Shown here one piece after another: positions 41,899 to 51,522 of a stretch of DNA of 64,000 bases. The stretch's first letter is position 1. Each line of letters opens with the position of its first letter. Source of the stretch: Acidobacteriota bacterium (GTDB taxonomy: Bacteria > Actinomycetota > Acidimicrobiia > ATN3); assembly GCA_003577105.1 (NCBI GenBank), contig QEUQ01000009.1, positions 1,326 to 65,325 of the forward strand, in the 5' to 3' direction. Made by a program: the position numbers and the translations under genes. The notes below the pieces were generated by a model. The model was not told where the DNA came from. It did no database searches and saw only the letters and a list, made by a program, of their open reading frames with translations.

Positions 41899-42184
41899 GG
41901 TGCCGAAGACCCATCTAGATTCAGCTGCCGTGCAGGCCGACCTCGGCGAAGTTCCCTCTTGGGGTGACGATGCGCTCGTTGTTGCTCCTATCTCGGGGCG
42001 TTTTCACCCGGCGGACCTTCCCGAGCGCATAGAGGCAGGAACAGTCATCGGTCGGGTATCTCAGATTCGTCAATCTCGGGACGTCGTAAGCCCCTTTGCC
42101 GGCGAGACAAGGCGACTGCTCGTTGAAGACGGCCACCCAGTCTCGTCAGGACAGCCCCTCGTCTGGCTAGTCAAGGTTGCCTGA
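41899..42184 (+). CDS. Small hypothetical protein with a lipoyl/biotinyl-like (hybrid-barrel) domain; no biotinylation lysine motif
   Basis: GGAGG RBS 6 nt before a GTG start. The 95-aa product has a VVAPISGRF...GTVIGRV...VVSPFAGE...VEDGHPVSSGQPLVWL pattern resembling BCCP/lipoyl domains but lacks A/EMKM. It is the only plus-strand gene in this region. Confidence 0.45.
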
Positions 42185-42235
42185 AAACCAAGGAAGCAGA
42201 CGAAACCCCGCCAATTCCATGGTGCTAGTCGGCCA

Positions 42236-43378
42236 CTAACCCACTTTCATCCGAAACGGTATCTCCACTTCTGCTGCGGTTAGCCCCCCATGATTTCCTT
42301 TGGGATAGGGCCGGGTTCTGTCTGGGCGAAACAGTCCTGTGTCGGGCTCCCTCGCAATCACGATGACATCGCCGACCCGCTCTGCGATCTCGCTCGGCAT
42401 TGTCCCGCCAAGTAAATTGGCCTCCACGACCTCGGCGCGCGCAGCAACCCAGGCCCAATCTCCGTATCTTGACTCAGCGGCTGCCAGGAGCTCCGCTTCT
42501 CGCCCTGGTATCGCATAGAGATAGCGGCATCTGGCCTCTCCCCCGACGCCACTACAGATTTGATCGAGTTCGCTGTCAACAAACACTCGGTCTTCGGGCC
42601 GGACATTGACCATTCCGTGATCGGAAATGATGACGAGTGCCTCACCTCGGCCAAGCGATGAGCCGATCCCCTCGGCGATCGCATCGCAGCGGGCCAGCTC
42701 CTTGAGGTATGCGGCGCTCCCAACCCCGCTGACGTGACCCGCCGTGTCAAGTCCGTCGTAGTACGCGTAAACCAGCGATCTCATTCCCACTGGCAGGACT
42801 TCATGGACTATTGCCGGCATCTCCTCCGCGCGGCGCCATCCACGCCACCGCCCGCCACGCAAGAAGACATTGGTAAACCCGGAGCCTTGAAAAGCATCCG
42901 CTGTGACCACCCAGGCAGTTGCTCCGGCTTCTACGGCCTCCTCAAAGACAGTGGGCATCGGCTGCAATCCGGCCGGGTCGAGATCAAGCCGAGCGTCTTG
43001 GCCTCGGACCATGTACTCGACGACGTTGAGCATCCCGGCCGGTGTTCGGAATACATACCCGACTATTCCGTGGCGAGCAGGTACCGCTCCCGTGCACAAG
43101 CTCGTCAACGCGCTTGAAGTCGTAGACGGAAATGTGGATTGAAGTCCGTGATCTGGAATCGCCGACAGGTAGGGACAGGTGCCCGAGAACTCCTCGATTT
43201 GCCTATTACCCAGACCATCGAAGACAAGTATGACCAGGCGTTCGATTTCGCCCGGGCGCGGGAGATCGGGGTGAACGCCGTCAAACGAGTCAAGACCCAG
43301 CGATGCCATTGCCCAAGGCGCTACATCTGCAATTGACCTAGTTGAGTATCGATGAAACGGGACTTCCGCCAGATCCAT
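42236..43378 (-). CDS. Alkaline-phosphatase-superfamily protein (type I phosphodiesterase / nucleotide pyrophosphatase-like)
   Basis: VILVFDGLG metal site, FPSTTSSALTSLCTG nucleophile region, and C-terminal GNHGG. Its start overlaps the nusB stop by 1 nt. Confidence 0.7.
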   Translation of the reverse strand: MDLAEVPFHRYSTRSIADVAPWAMASLGLDSFDGVHPDLPRPGEIERLVILVFDGLGNRQIEEFSGTCPYLSAIPDHGLQSTFPSTTSSALTSLCTGAVPARHGIVGYVFRTPAGMLNVVEYMVRGQDARLDLDPAGLQPMPTVFEEAVEAGATAWVVTADAFQGSGFTNVFLRGGRWRGWRRAEEMPAIVHEVLPVGMRSLVYAYYDGLDTAGHVSGVGSAAYLKELARCDAIAEGIGSSLGRGEALVIISDHGMVNVRPEDRVFVDSELDQICSGVGGEARCRYLYAIPGREAELLAAAESRYGDWAWVAARAEVVEANLLGGTMPSEIAERVGDVIVIAREPDTGLFRPDRTRPYPKGNHGGLTAAEVEIPFRMKVG

Positions 43379-43797
43379 CAGCCGCTGGGGTCCCTCTCAG
43401 CGGGCTCCTCGAGCCCCCTTCTTGAAACCTTTTCAGCTACGGCCGCAAGTATCCCGTTCACAAATTTGCCCGAGGAGGGCCCACCAAACTCCTTAGCCAA
43501 TTCGACGGCCTCGTCAATTGCTATCGCTGCCGACAGGCCGGTGAAGACGATTTCCCATGCTCCGATCCGAATGATGCTTCTATCCACCAATGACATCCGA
43601 TCCATATCCCAGTGAGCAGATTGCTCTGCGATGAGGGAGTCCAGCTCCGAGTCGTGCGCGTCGATTCCCTCGGCGATGTCACGAGCGTAGGGGTCCGCCT
43701 CCTCAGCTTCCACGAGGGTCTCAAGGATTGACCGCCCGCGGAGATCGGACTCATAGACGAAGTTCAACGCCTGCCTACGCGCATCCCTTCGCTTCAC
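43378..43797 (-). CDS. nusB: Transcription antitermination factor NusB
   Basis: RRQALNFVYESDL... NusB fold, 139 aa. Confidence 0.92.
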   Translation of the reverse strand: MKRRDARRQALNFVYESDLRGRSILETLVEAEEADPYARDIAEGIDAHDSELDSLIAEQSAHWDMDRMSLVDRSIIRIGAWEIVFTGLSAAIAIDEAVELAKEFGGPSSGKFVNGILAAVAEKVSRRGLEEPAERDPSG

Positions 43798-43832
43798 AAA
43801 AACCTCACCTCGAAGCAGAAATCCTTCAGAGG

Positions 43833-44390
43833 TCAGACTCGGGTGATGTATTCGCCGCTGCGCGTATCGACCTTGATCTTGTCTCCAACATCGACGAACA
43901 GAGGAACCTGAACCAGCAGGCCAGTCTCGGTAACAGCAGGCTTTGTAGCTCCCGAGACCCGGTCACCTTTGATACCCGGCTCAGTCTCAGTCACCTCGAG
44001 AACCGTGCTCGCCGGCAACTCGATTGAAATCAGCCGCCCGTTGTGGGTGTGCACCTCTGCGACATCGCCCTCAGAGAGATAGTTGACTGCATCGCCAGCA
44101 TCCGCGACGGCGATCTCCTCCTGTTCGAAACTACTCGTATCCATGAATGCGAGATTCGCGCCGTCTGAGTAGAGAAATTGCATCGAACGCTTCTCGATGA
44201 TCGCCAGCGGTACCTTCTCGTCGGCCCGAAAAGTCTTGTCTAGGACATTTCCCGAATCCAGGCTCTTCAGCTTTGTTCGAACAAAAGCATGGCCCTTGCC
44301 TGGCTTTACATGCTGAAACTCAACGATGGTGAACAGGCCTTCGGGCAAGTCAAGGGCCATGCCTGGTCGGATGTCATTGGTCGAAATCAC
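43833..44390 (-). CDS. efp: Elongation factor P
   Basis: KPGKGHAFVRTKLK motif and three OB/KOW domains. Confidence 0.95.
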   Translation of the reverse strand: MISTNDIRPGMALDLPEGLFTIVEFQHVKPGKGHAFVRTKLKSLDSGNVLDKTFRADEKVPLAIIEKRSMQFLYSDGANLAFMDTSSFEQEEIAVADAGDAVNYLSEGDVAEVHTHNGRLISIELPASTVLEVTETEPGIKGDRVSGATKPAVTETGLLVQVPLFVDVGDKIKVDTRSGEYITRV

Positions 44391-45523
44391 AGGACGATCA
44401 GCTCCTTGGGGGACGATGTGAGGACCAGTGGCTCGTCGTCTGTCACCAGGACCATGTCCTCGATGCGCACGCCGCCAATGCCGGTGAGGTAAATGCCCGG
44501 CTCCACAGTAACCACGTGACCGGCGGCGAGTATATCAGCGCCTGCCCGCGACAGACGCGGCTCCTCGTGGATCTCGAGACCCACGCCATGCCCCGTCGAG
44601 TGCGTGAACTGCTCGCCATACCCCGAACTCGTAATCAAGTCCCTGCACAGCGCGTCAACCTCGGAGCATGGCCGGCCCGGCGCCACACCTTCGAGCCCTG
44701 CGGCCTGCGCCTGAAATACGACCTCGTAAACGTGGTCGAGCTCCTCTGGAGGGGTACCGAGGAATACCGTTCGGCTCATGTCCGAGCAGTACCCATCTAC
44801 TATGCAGCCGAAGTCCATGAGGACAACTTCATTGCCTACTAGCCGAACCTGTCCAGGCCTCGCATGTGGCATTGCCGAATGCGCCCCACCCGCCACAATC
44901 GCGTCAAATGAGAGCGCGTCCGCGCCATTGTCAATCATGTAGCGCTCGATCTCACGGGCGATTTCGCTCTCGCTCCGGCCGACCTCGATTCGCTCGAGAA
45001 TGTACGAGAAGGCTGCATCGCCCAATTCCGCAGCTGCGGCCATGCGAGAAACCTCGGCCGGCGACTTGAGCATGCGCAATTGCCCGATGATGTCTGGGGC
45101 TGCCGCGACCTCGCACTTCGGGATCCAACCACTGATGTCAATCTTGAGCTGCCAAGTGATGCGACTGGCTTCAAGCGCCAGAGATGTCAACTCCGCTTGA
45201 TCCACAAGGCCACGCAGCTCGGGTTCCAGTCCTTCGGGCCCCGATATGTGAATCTCGGCATCTACCCCCGACGCAGCAAGTTGCACTCGACACTGCTCGT
45301 CGTAACGCCCATCCGTAATGAAATGCAATGCCTCCGGGGTAACGAGAGCTACTCCGGCGGATCCCGTGAAACCAGTTATGTAGCGCAAGTTCACGAGATC
45401 TGTCACCAGCAGGGCGGCGTAATCCTCTGCGAGCATCCGCTCCCTCAGGCTGGCGATTCGAGCTTGGCAGTCGTGGGGAAGGAACCCTGTTACGTCGTCG
45501 CCGGATGGCATTCCGCCCGTCAT
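44387..45523 (-). CDS. pepQ: Xaa-Pro aminopeptidase (M24 family)
   Basis: M24 pita-bread fold with HGVGLEIHEEP and metal ligands. Conserved aro-pepQ-efp-nusB linkage. Confidence 0.9.
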   Translation of the reverse strand: MTGGMPSGDDVTGFLPHDCQARIASLRERMLAEDYAALLVTDLVNLRYITGFTGSAGVALVTPEALHFITDGRYDEQCRVQLAASGVDAEIHISGPEGLEPELRGLVDQAELTSLALEASRITWQLKIDISGWIPKCEVAAAPDIIGQLRMLKSPAEVSRMAAAAELGDAAFSYILERIEVGRSESEIAREIERYMIDNGADALSFDAIVAGGAHSAMPHARPGQVRLVGNEVVLMDFGCIVDGYCSDMSRTVFLGTPPEELDHVYEVVFQAQAAGLEGVAPGRPCSEVDALCRDLITSSGYGEQFTHSTGHGVGLEIHEEPRLSRAGADILAAGHVVTVEPGIYLTGIGGVRIEDMVLVTDDEPLVLTSSPKELIVL

Positions 45524-45993
45524 GCCGAGTGGTCTGGGCCTTGATCACCGGGAGCCGAGCCCGCGGCAATCTGCGCAATTGCCTCGATTGCCAACACATA
45601 TCCAATTGGTCCAAAGCCCGCGACCGACCCCGTCACCGCTGGAGCAACCACTGATGTTCGGCGCCAGTCCTCTCTCGCATGGATGTTCGAGAGATGTACT
45701 TCGACAACGGTCGATTCAGCCATAGCCAAGGCGTCAGCAAGCGCGTACGAGTAGTGAGTGAGTGCGCCGGGATTGATGACAATTGAAGCGCCGGCGTCGA
45801 TGGCGGCGTGGATGGCCTCTATAAGCGCGCCTTCATGGTCGCTCTGGAACCACGTTAGCTCGATGCCAACGGTCTCAGCGCGTGCCCGAACCAGCGACTC
45901 AATCTCGGCAAGAGTCAGATCCCCGTACTGGGCAGAATCACGCCACTCCAGGCGGCCAAGGTTCGGTCCGTTTAGGACATGGACCCGTTTCAA
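45520..45993 (-). CDS. aroQ: 3-dehydroquinate dehydratase, type II
   Basis: VLNGPNLGRLE...INPGALTHYS...HLSNIHARE motifs. Confidence 0.95.
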   Translation of the reverse strand: MKRVHVLNGPNLGRLEWRDSAQYGDLTLAEIESLVRARAETVGIELTWFQSDHEGALIEAIHAAIDAGASIVINPGALTHYSYALADALAMAESTVVEVHLSNIHAREDWRRTSVVAPAVTGSVAGFGPIGYVLAIEAIAQIAAGSAPGDQGPDHSA

Positions 45994-47081
45994 TTGATAC
46001 CCACTCCTTCGAGAGACTCGGTGATCGCTGCGTCGGGGACCTCAGACACAACTTCGGGTGCCCCGAGTTCCCTAAGCACCACGAAGCGCAGTCCTCGGCT
46101 GAACTTCTTGTCTTTCTGCATTACGTTCAAGACAGCATCGCGGTCGACGCCCTGGATCTCGACTGGCAGGTCCAACCTGCGCAACAACCGCCTAGCCCGA
46201 TCCACGAGATCCACCAAACCTAGCTCCCGACCAAGCAAGAGCGCGAAGACCATGCCGACCGCAATCGCCTCCCCATGACTCATCGAGTGACCGGTGACTG
46301 TCTCGAGCGCGTGGCCGAGTGTATGGCCGAAGTTCAAATGAGCGCGTGAAGCTTGCTCACGTTCATCGGCCTCCACTGTCTTCGCCTTGCATCGAATCGA
46401 CGTGACAATGAGCTCATCGAGAACATCTCCCTCAGGCTCGCTGATCTCCAGCAATTCGAGAATCCTCGGAGCTGCGATGAAGCCGTACTTGACTATTTCG
46501 GCGAGGCCACAATTGATTTCCCGCTGAGGAAGGGTTGTGAGGGCCCTCGTATCGGCCAAGACCGCTACCGGCTGATGAAAGGCGCCTACGAGGTTCTTCC
46601 CCGCTCTGAGGTTGAGTCCGGTCTTGCCTCCGATCGACGAATCGACCATTGCGAGAAGAGTGGTTGGCATCTGGATGAGCGGAATGCCTCGCATGAAAGT
46701 CGCCGCCGCAAAGCCAGCAACGTCTCCAACGACTCCCCCGCCCACGGCGATCACTGCGTCGCGACGATGCAAGCCACCGGCTGCCATGGCTTCTAACAAC
46801 TCAGAGACCGCCTCTGTGGACTTCGACGCCTCACCGCCGCCAATGCTGAGAAGCAGCGGCTCAGCTCCGGCTTCTCTCGATTCGCCAGCCGCCAGCTCCG
46901 GCCAGCTTTGAGGAACATGTGCGTCGGTGACGATCGCCACACGCTCGAGTCCATTTAGCCCACTGAGAACGTCGTGGAGACTTCCGGCTGCGTCCTCGCC
47001 AACCAAGACCGGGTATGTGCCAGAACTCACCGCGACATCAACCCGACGAAGAGGGCGCGCCTCACCTATCACGAGCGACAC
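45990..47081 (-). CDS. aroB: 3-dehydroquinate synthase
   Basis: GGGVVGDVAGFAAATFMRGI NAD-binding motif and metal-binding His region. Confidence 0.93.
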   Translation of the reverse strand: MSLVIGEARPLRRVDVAVSSGTYPVLVGEDAAGSLHDVLSGLNGLERVAIVTDAHVPQSWPELAAGESREAGAEPLLLSIGGGEASKSTEAVSELLEAMAAGGLHRRDAVIAVGGGVVGDVAGFAAATFMRGIPLIQMPTTLLAMVDSSIGGKTGLNLRAGKNLVGAFHQPVAVLADTRALTTLPQREINCGLAEIVKYGFIAAPRILELLEISEPEGDVLDELIVTSIRCKAKTVEADEREQASRAHLNFGHTLGHALETVTGHSMSHGEAIAVGMVFALLLGRELGLVDLVDRARRLLRRLDLPVEIQGVDRDAVLNVMQKDKKFSRGLRFVVLRELGAPEVVSEVPDAAITESLEGVGIN

Positions 47082-47676
47082 CTACCGCATCGAGAATTGC
47101 CTCGGCGAGCTCCCGAGTAGTCAACTCATCGACGTCGACAACGACGTCTGCGGCGCTTTCATAGACCTCACTTCTTTGCAGCAGAAGTTCCTCAAATCTA
47201 CGTTCTAGCGCGCCTGGACCTAGATTGATCGCGTCTTGGATTAATGGTCGCGTTCCAACGCTGGAGAAGTCTTCCATCGGGCCCGAATCGCTCATACCCA
47301 CATCGCTGCGGGCCCGCCTCGCGAGAGTTTCGGGCGTTGCTCGCAGATACACAACACTTCCGATTTCTCGCAGCGAGCACCCAGCACCTTCAGTCGTCAG
47401 GACCCCACCGCCAGTCGCCACAACCACTGGCTCCCGCCCGCGATTTCGAAGTGCCGAAATCGCCTTGGCCTCATGCGATCTGAATCCCGATTCTCCCTCT
47501 CGCTCCCAGATCTCTGGGATTCCGCTGCCTGCTAAGCGCTCGACTTCTTCGTCGGTATCAAAGAAGACGCCGCCAATTCGCTTAGCGAGCTCGCGACCGC
47601 AGGAAGACTTGCCGGAGTACATCATCCCGACCAGGACTAGGCTTGGGGCTGGCGACGCGCCATTCGCTGCGACCAC
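47062..47676 (-). CDS. aroK: Shikimate kinase
   Basis: Walker A LVGMMYSGKSS. The start is uncertain (a 40-nt overlap with aroC if 47676 is used). Confidence 0.9.
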   Translation of the reverse strand: MVAANGASPAPSLVLVGMMYSGKSSCGRELAKRIGGVFFDTDEEVERLAGSGIPEIWEREGESGFRSHEAKAISALRNRGREPVVVATGGGVLTTEGAGCSLREIGSVVYLRATPETLARRARSDVGMSDSGPMEDFSSVGTRPLIQDAINLGPGALERRFEELLLQRSEVYESAADVVVDVDELTTRELAEAILDAVGVARDR

Positions 47677-48812
47677 GCTTCGACCGCCTCCCTAAATTGG
47701 TCTAGAGAATCACCGCCAAACTTGCGAAGCATTTCCGATGCAATCACCAGAGCGACCATCGATTCTGCTACCACGGCAGCAGCCGGTACAGCACAAGAAT
47801 CAGTACGCTGCGTCAGTGCTGATGCCTCCTGGCCCGTTGCCATGTCGACAGTTCGCAGCGGCGGCGAGAGGCTTGCCAGCGGCTTCATCGCACCCCGCAC
47901 GACTATCGGTTCGCCAGTAGCCATCCCTCCCTCAATGCCTCCCGCCCTATTTGATGACCGCATCAGACGAGTGTCCGCGTCGCTGCCACCGAGTCCGATC
48001 TCATCGTGAGCCTGACTCCCCCTTGAAGCCGCCTGCTCCCAGGCATCCCCGATTTCCACGGCCTTAACCGCATTGACGCTGACGACTGCCGCGGCTAGCA
48101 GCGCGTCAAGCTTGCGATCCCAGTGGACATAGGAACCCACCCCCACCGGCACCCCAAAGGCGACAACCTCGAATACTCCTCCGAGCGTATCGCCCGCCTC
48201 CCGAGCCTCATCAACGACCTGAGTCATTTCCTTTGATGCTGCCTCGTCCGCGCAGCGCATCGGGTCGGCGTCGATCGCGCTGCCGGAGTCAGGGCCAATC
48301 CCAGTCTTGGATGCGAAGACGCCACCAACCGCGAGCACATGGCTGATGACGCTGACTCCTACCTCGCTCAGCAGCGACTTCGCGAGCGCTCCAGCAGTCG
48401 AGCGAGCAGCTGTCTCGCGCGCCGAAGCTCTCTCGAGAACATTGCGGGCATCGTCAAAGTCATATTTCAGCATTCCCGCCAAGTCGGCATGGCCGGGCCG
48501 AGGCATCGTTAGTGGCGAACTAGACGAACCGCTATCAGGGTTCATCTGCTCTGCCCACTTTTCATCGAATTCGACGTTCTCGATAACCGCTGAGACAGGC
48601 GATCCGAGAGTGCGCCCGTGTCGAACTCCCCCAATCAACGTAACCTTGTCGCTCTCTAGTGCCATGCGAGGGCCTCTGCCGTGTCCAAGGCGTCGGCGCG
48701 CAAGCTCCTCAACAACCATCCGCGATGAAAACGGAACCCCGGCGGGCATTCCTTCAATAATCACCACTAAGCCGCGGCCGTGCGATTCTCCAGAGGTTAG
48801 GTAGCGGAGCAT
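47637..48812 (-). CDS. aroC: Chorismate synthase
   Basis: MLRYLTSGESHGRGLVVIIEGMPAG N-terminus and conserved core. Confidence 0.95.
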   Translation of the reverse strand: MLRYLTSGESHGRGLVVIIEGMPAGVPFSSRMVVEELARRRLGHGRGPRMALESDKVTLIGGVRHGRTLGSPVSAVIENVEFDEKWAEQMNPDSGSSSSPLTMPRPGHADLAGMLKYDFDDARNVLERASARETAARSTAGALAKSLLSEVGVSVISHVLAVGGVFASKTGIGPDSGSAIDADPMRCADEAASKEMTQVVDEAREAGDTLGGVFEVVAFGVPVGVGSYVHWDRKLDALLAAAVVSVNAVKAVEIGDAWEQAASRGSQAHDEIGLGGSDADTRLMRSSNRAGGIEGGMATGEPIVVRGAMKPLASLSPPLRTVDMATGQEASALTQRTDSCAVPAAAVVAESMVALVIASEMLRKFGGDSLDQFREAVEAWSQRMARRQPQA

Positions 48813-48912
48813 GATGGACTAGATGCTAGCTTGCTTTGCCATCGCAGTCCTGCTCATTTCCTCAGCCGCCGATGTCAACTGACCCGTAGATCTGTCAGCC
48901 TGTGTAAACGAA

Positions 48913-48941
48913 AGAGACGGTGCCGCCGTGGCACCGTCTCT
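48913..48941 (-). terminator. Intrinsic terminator hairpin downstream of the 49031-49798 gene (end of the pilM operon)
   Basis: Perfect 12-bp stem AGAGACGGTGCC / GGCACCGTCTCT with a 5-nt loop. A U-rich tract follows on the minus-strand RNA (UUUCGUUUAC) and also on the plus strand (UUUCUU). Confidence 0.7.
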
Positions 48942-49030
48942 TTCTTGACCTCCGCCCGCTTCCGCGGAAGCTTTACTCTTTGAACTGCGGCTCTCTCGTA
49001 TTGCTCGGTCGAGCCAGTCCTACCTCGCCT

Positions 49031-49798
49031 CTATTTCAAGACCGATTGACCGGTGCAGAGAGTAAACGGTGAATCACCTTGCAGGAACGAGGCACAAGAG
49101 CCCGAGATCTTTGTGACCTTGTAGTTCGTCGCGAAAGTCTCACCGGCACCGACCGTATATGTGGTTCCGTTGACCTTCACGATGGCCTTCTGAGTTGATC
49201 CATCTCTCACAATCTCCGACAGAGTCAACGAGCTAGTCGAGGCCTGTTGAGTACCAGAAGTGGATCCACCCTGCGGCGATGGAGATGCCGTCGCGCCTCC
49301 GGTCGTGGTTCCTCCGCCTGTCGTTGTTGAGCTACCACCTGTCGTCGGGCAGGCGAATGTGCACTTGAATGGATTCCTCGCGCTGTACTGCTGATATGAC
49401 TCTGATACATCGGCGCTCAGACCCGGGTCCAGCGATGGTGCAGGGCTAGCCGTTGATCCTCCCTGGCCCGGCGACGCGGTCCCCCCCGGCTTGCCCTGGG
49501 TACCAGTCGCGGTACCTGTGGGCCGCGGCGCGGCGGTCCCACCTGTTGTAGTCGACGGAGCATCATCTCCCCCGCCGAAAAGCAAGAACACCGCTGCTCC
49601 GATCAGAACGAGGGCGAGCACCATACCCCCAATTATCAGAGGAGTCTTACTCCCGCCTGACTTCGTTTCATCCGAAACTACGCCCTCTGGAGGCATGCCC
49701 TCGGGCGGAATCCCATCTGGCCCGGGAACCGCAGGAGGAACGCCATCGGGGGGTACCGGAGCCTGCCCAGGTGGTGGCGGTGGATAGTTCGTAGCCAT
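49031..49798 (-). CDS. Pro/Thr/Gly-rich single-pass membrane protein, last gene of the pilM-pilN-pilO operon. Possible PilP-like or other pilus-assembly accessory protein.
   Basis: Pro-rich N-terminus (PPPPPGQAPVPPDGVPP...), one TM helix (LIIGGMVLALVLIGAAVFLLF), a long T/G/S-rich linker, and a ~70-aa C-terminal beta-rich domain (IVKVNGTTYTVGAGETFATNYKVTKI). It lies 27 nt downstream of pilO. Confidence 0.5.
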   Translation of the reverse strand: MATNYPPPPPGQAPVPPDGVPPAVPGPDGIPPEGMPPEGVVSDETKSGGSKTPLIIGGMVLALVLIGAAVFLLFGGGDDAPSTTTGGTAAPRPTGTATGTQGKPGGTASPGQGGSTASPAPSLDPGLSADVSESYQQYSARNPFKCTFACPTTGGSSTTTGGGTTTGGATASPSPQGGSTSGTQQASTSSLTLSEIVRDGSTQKAIVKVNGTTYTVGAGETFATNYKVTKISGSCASFLQGDSPFTLCTGQSVLK

Positions 49799-49825
49799 GT
49801 CAGTGTCTCACCTCAATCCATTCGC

Positions 49826-50680
49826 TCACGGGCCTGCCCGGCCTGCGGTATTGCCGGTCTGACCTGTAGTCCCACCCTGCTGCGGCCCAGGCGATGCCGG
49901 GATCTGGCCAGGCTCAGTGCCGGCGCCCGAAGGAGGTTGGGGAACGGGCGAGTCCGAACGAGGTACATTCATCTGCCCCGAGCAGTTTCCGAGGTTGTTA
50001 GGCTCCTGTCCCTCGGAGAATCCAGGCTGCGGCGGAGTACATCCGGCTTCTGGCGGACCTGGAATCTGGCCGCGCTGAGTTGGTGATCCGTCTGCGGGGT
50101 AGATCAGAGCCAGGTCTGTGTCACTCGGCGTCCACGGAAGCCCAGAATTTGTCGCGAACATCCGCCCGGCTATTTGGCTGTTCAGCCCACCAGTCTTTGA
50201 ATCAACGCTTATCTGCAGCTGATCGACCACCACAGATCGCCGGAGCTTCTCAAGACGGATTAGGTAGTCAATGGTCTGGAAGTAACCGCCCTCAATGCTC
50301 ACCGCCAGCTTGATCTCGGCCGCCATCAGCCCGCTTGCCTTCGGCGCAGTAGGAATCGTTGGTTTCAGCGACATCCACTTCACGCCAGCTTGCCGGGCTA
50401 TGTCGTAGTTCGCCCATATGAACTCTGCCAGGTCGGGTGTGTCGGGCACGTTCTGCCTGAATTCAACGGTAGCTGCTCGGATCGACGTTTCGTTGCGCTT
50501 TAGCTCTTGGCGCCTCGCAATGGTGCCTTCCAGCTGCTGGGTTCGATCCTTCGCGTCCTGGAGCCTCTGCTGTTCCTTCGTGAGAGTAGACCCCTGACCT
50601 TGAAAGACGAAGAGGAACCACACCGCGATAATCGTTACCGCGACTACGGCACTGACTACAATTGGAAGATAGCGCTTCAC
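49826..50680 (-). CDS. pilO: Type IV pilus assembly protein PilO-like
   Basis: Single N-terminal TM helix, a coiled-coil region (QQRLQDAKDRTQQLEGTIARRQELK), then a PilO-like periplasmic domain. It immediately follows pilN. The start is uncertain (GTG at 50678-50680 vs 50749). Confidence 0.7.
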   Translation of the reverse strand: MKRYLPIVVSAVVAVTIIAVWFLFVFQGQGSTLTKEQQRLQDAKDRTQQLEGTIARRQELKRNETSIRAATVEFRQNVPDTPDLAEFIWANYDIARQAGVKWMSLKPTIPTAPKASGLMAAEIKLAVSIEGGYFQTIDYLIRLEKLRRSVVVDQLQISVDSKTGGLNSQIAGRMFATNSGLPWTPSDTDLALIYPADGSPTQRGQIPGPPEAGCTPPQPGFSEGQEPNNLGNCSGQMNVPRSDSPVPQPPSGAGTEPGQIPASPGPQQGGTTGQTGNTAGRAGP

Positions 50681-51519
50681 TTCGCACCTCCAGTGGTTGG
50701 GCGACTTGCGCCACCCGTAGCGCCCGCACCGTAGTAGGAGTGCCCGCATGAACCAGTTCCGGCGCCCGCCAGGTTGTCAAAGCCTCTAGCGGCACAGCGC
50801 CCCATCCATCCCCATGAGTACGGCGTGAGGTAGCTGGTTCCCTGGAAAGTCACAACCGGGAAGGACGTCGATCCTTCTCCTGAAGTCTCCTTCAGCGTCT
50901 GGCTCGTAATCCAAGCGTAGGTCATCGACGGCATGTTCCTATTGACTCGATATAGCCAATTGGCAACGTCTCGATGCGACTTGGCCGTAGCCGACACCTG
51001 CACAGTTCCGATCGGAGTCTTGTCACTTACCTTGATTTCCTTGCCTCCGCCGGAAGACTTCGGAGCAGTCGACGAGCTCGTCGATGGCTTAGCCGCCCCC
51101 CCGCTAATAGGCTTAGAAGCGGGCGCCTTCTTGCCAGCCTCTGGATCAACGAGGCCTTTGAAGGAAGTCAGGTAGACACCGTCAGGCATCGTCGCGGCGA
51201 TCTCCTGAAGCACCTTCGGCCAGCTGACTTCGTTCAGCCAGACGCTCTGGACGACCTTCTTCTGGTTATCGAAATTGCGCTGCAGCTCGTCAAGGTATTC
51301 CAGTTCGCGAGCTTTCAGCTCTAGCTCCTTGACCTTTTGTTCCTGCTTGTTCGCCTGGTCTCGCACGCTCTTCGCTTGAGCCGCTCTCAACAGCGTTATG
51401 ACAGCAAGTATTCCTATGAGCGCCGCCAGTCCGATAATTGCGTACACCCAAACCTGTCGCTGCCGGTTCTTCTCGCCAATCTCGGCTGGCAGCAAGTTGA
51501 TTCTGCGACGTGGCTCCAT
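50677..51519 (-). CDS. pilN: Type IV pilus assembly protein PilN
   Basis: Hallmark INLLP motif at the N-terminus, a TM helix, a coiled-coil and a periplasmic domain. The C-terminus is a Ser/Gly-rich low-complexity region. Confidence 0.8.
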   Translation of the reverse strand: MEPRRRINLLPAEIGEKNRQRQVWVYAIIGLAALIGILAVITLLRAAQAKSVRDQANKQEQKVKELELKARELEYLDELQRNFDNQKKVVQSVWLNEVSWPKVLQEIAATMPDGVYLTSFKGLVDPEAGKKAPASKPISGGAAKPSTSSSTAPKSSGGGKEIKVSDKTPIGTVQVSATAKSHRDVANWLYRVNRNMPSMTYAWITSQTLKETSGEGSTSFPVVTFQGTSYLTPYSWGWMGRCAARGFDNLAGAGTGSCGHSYYGAGATGGASRPTTGGAK

Positions 51520-51522
51520 CTG

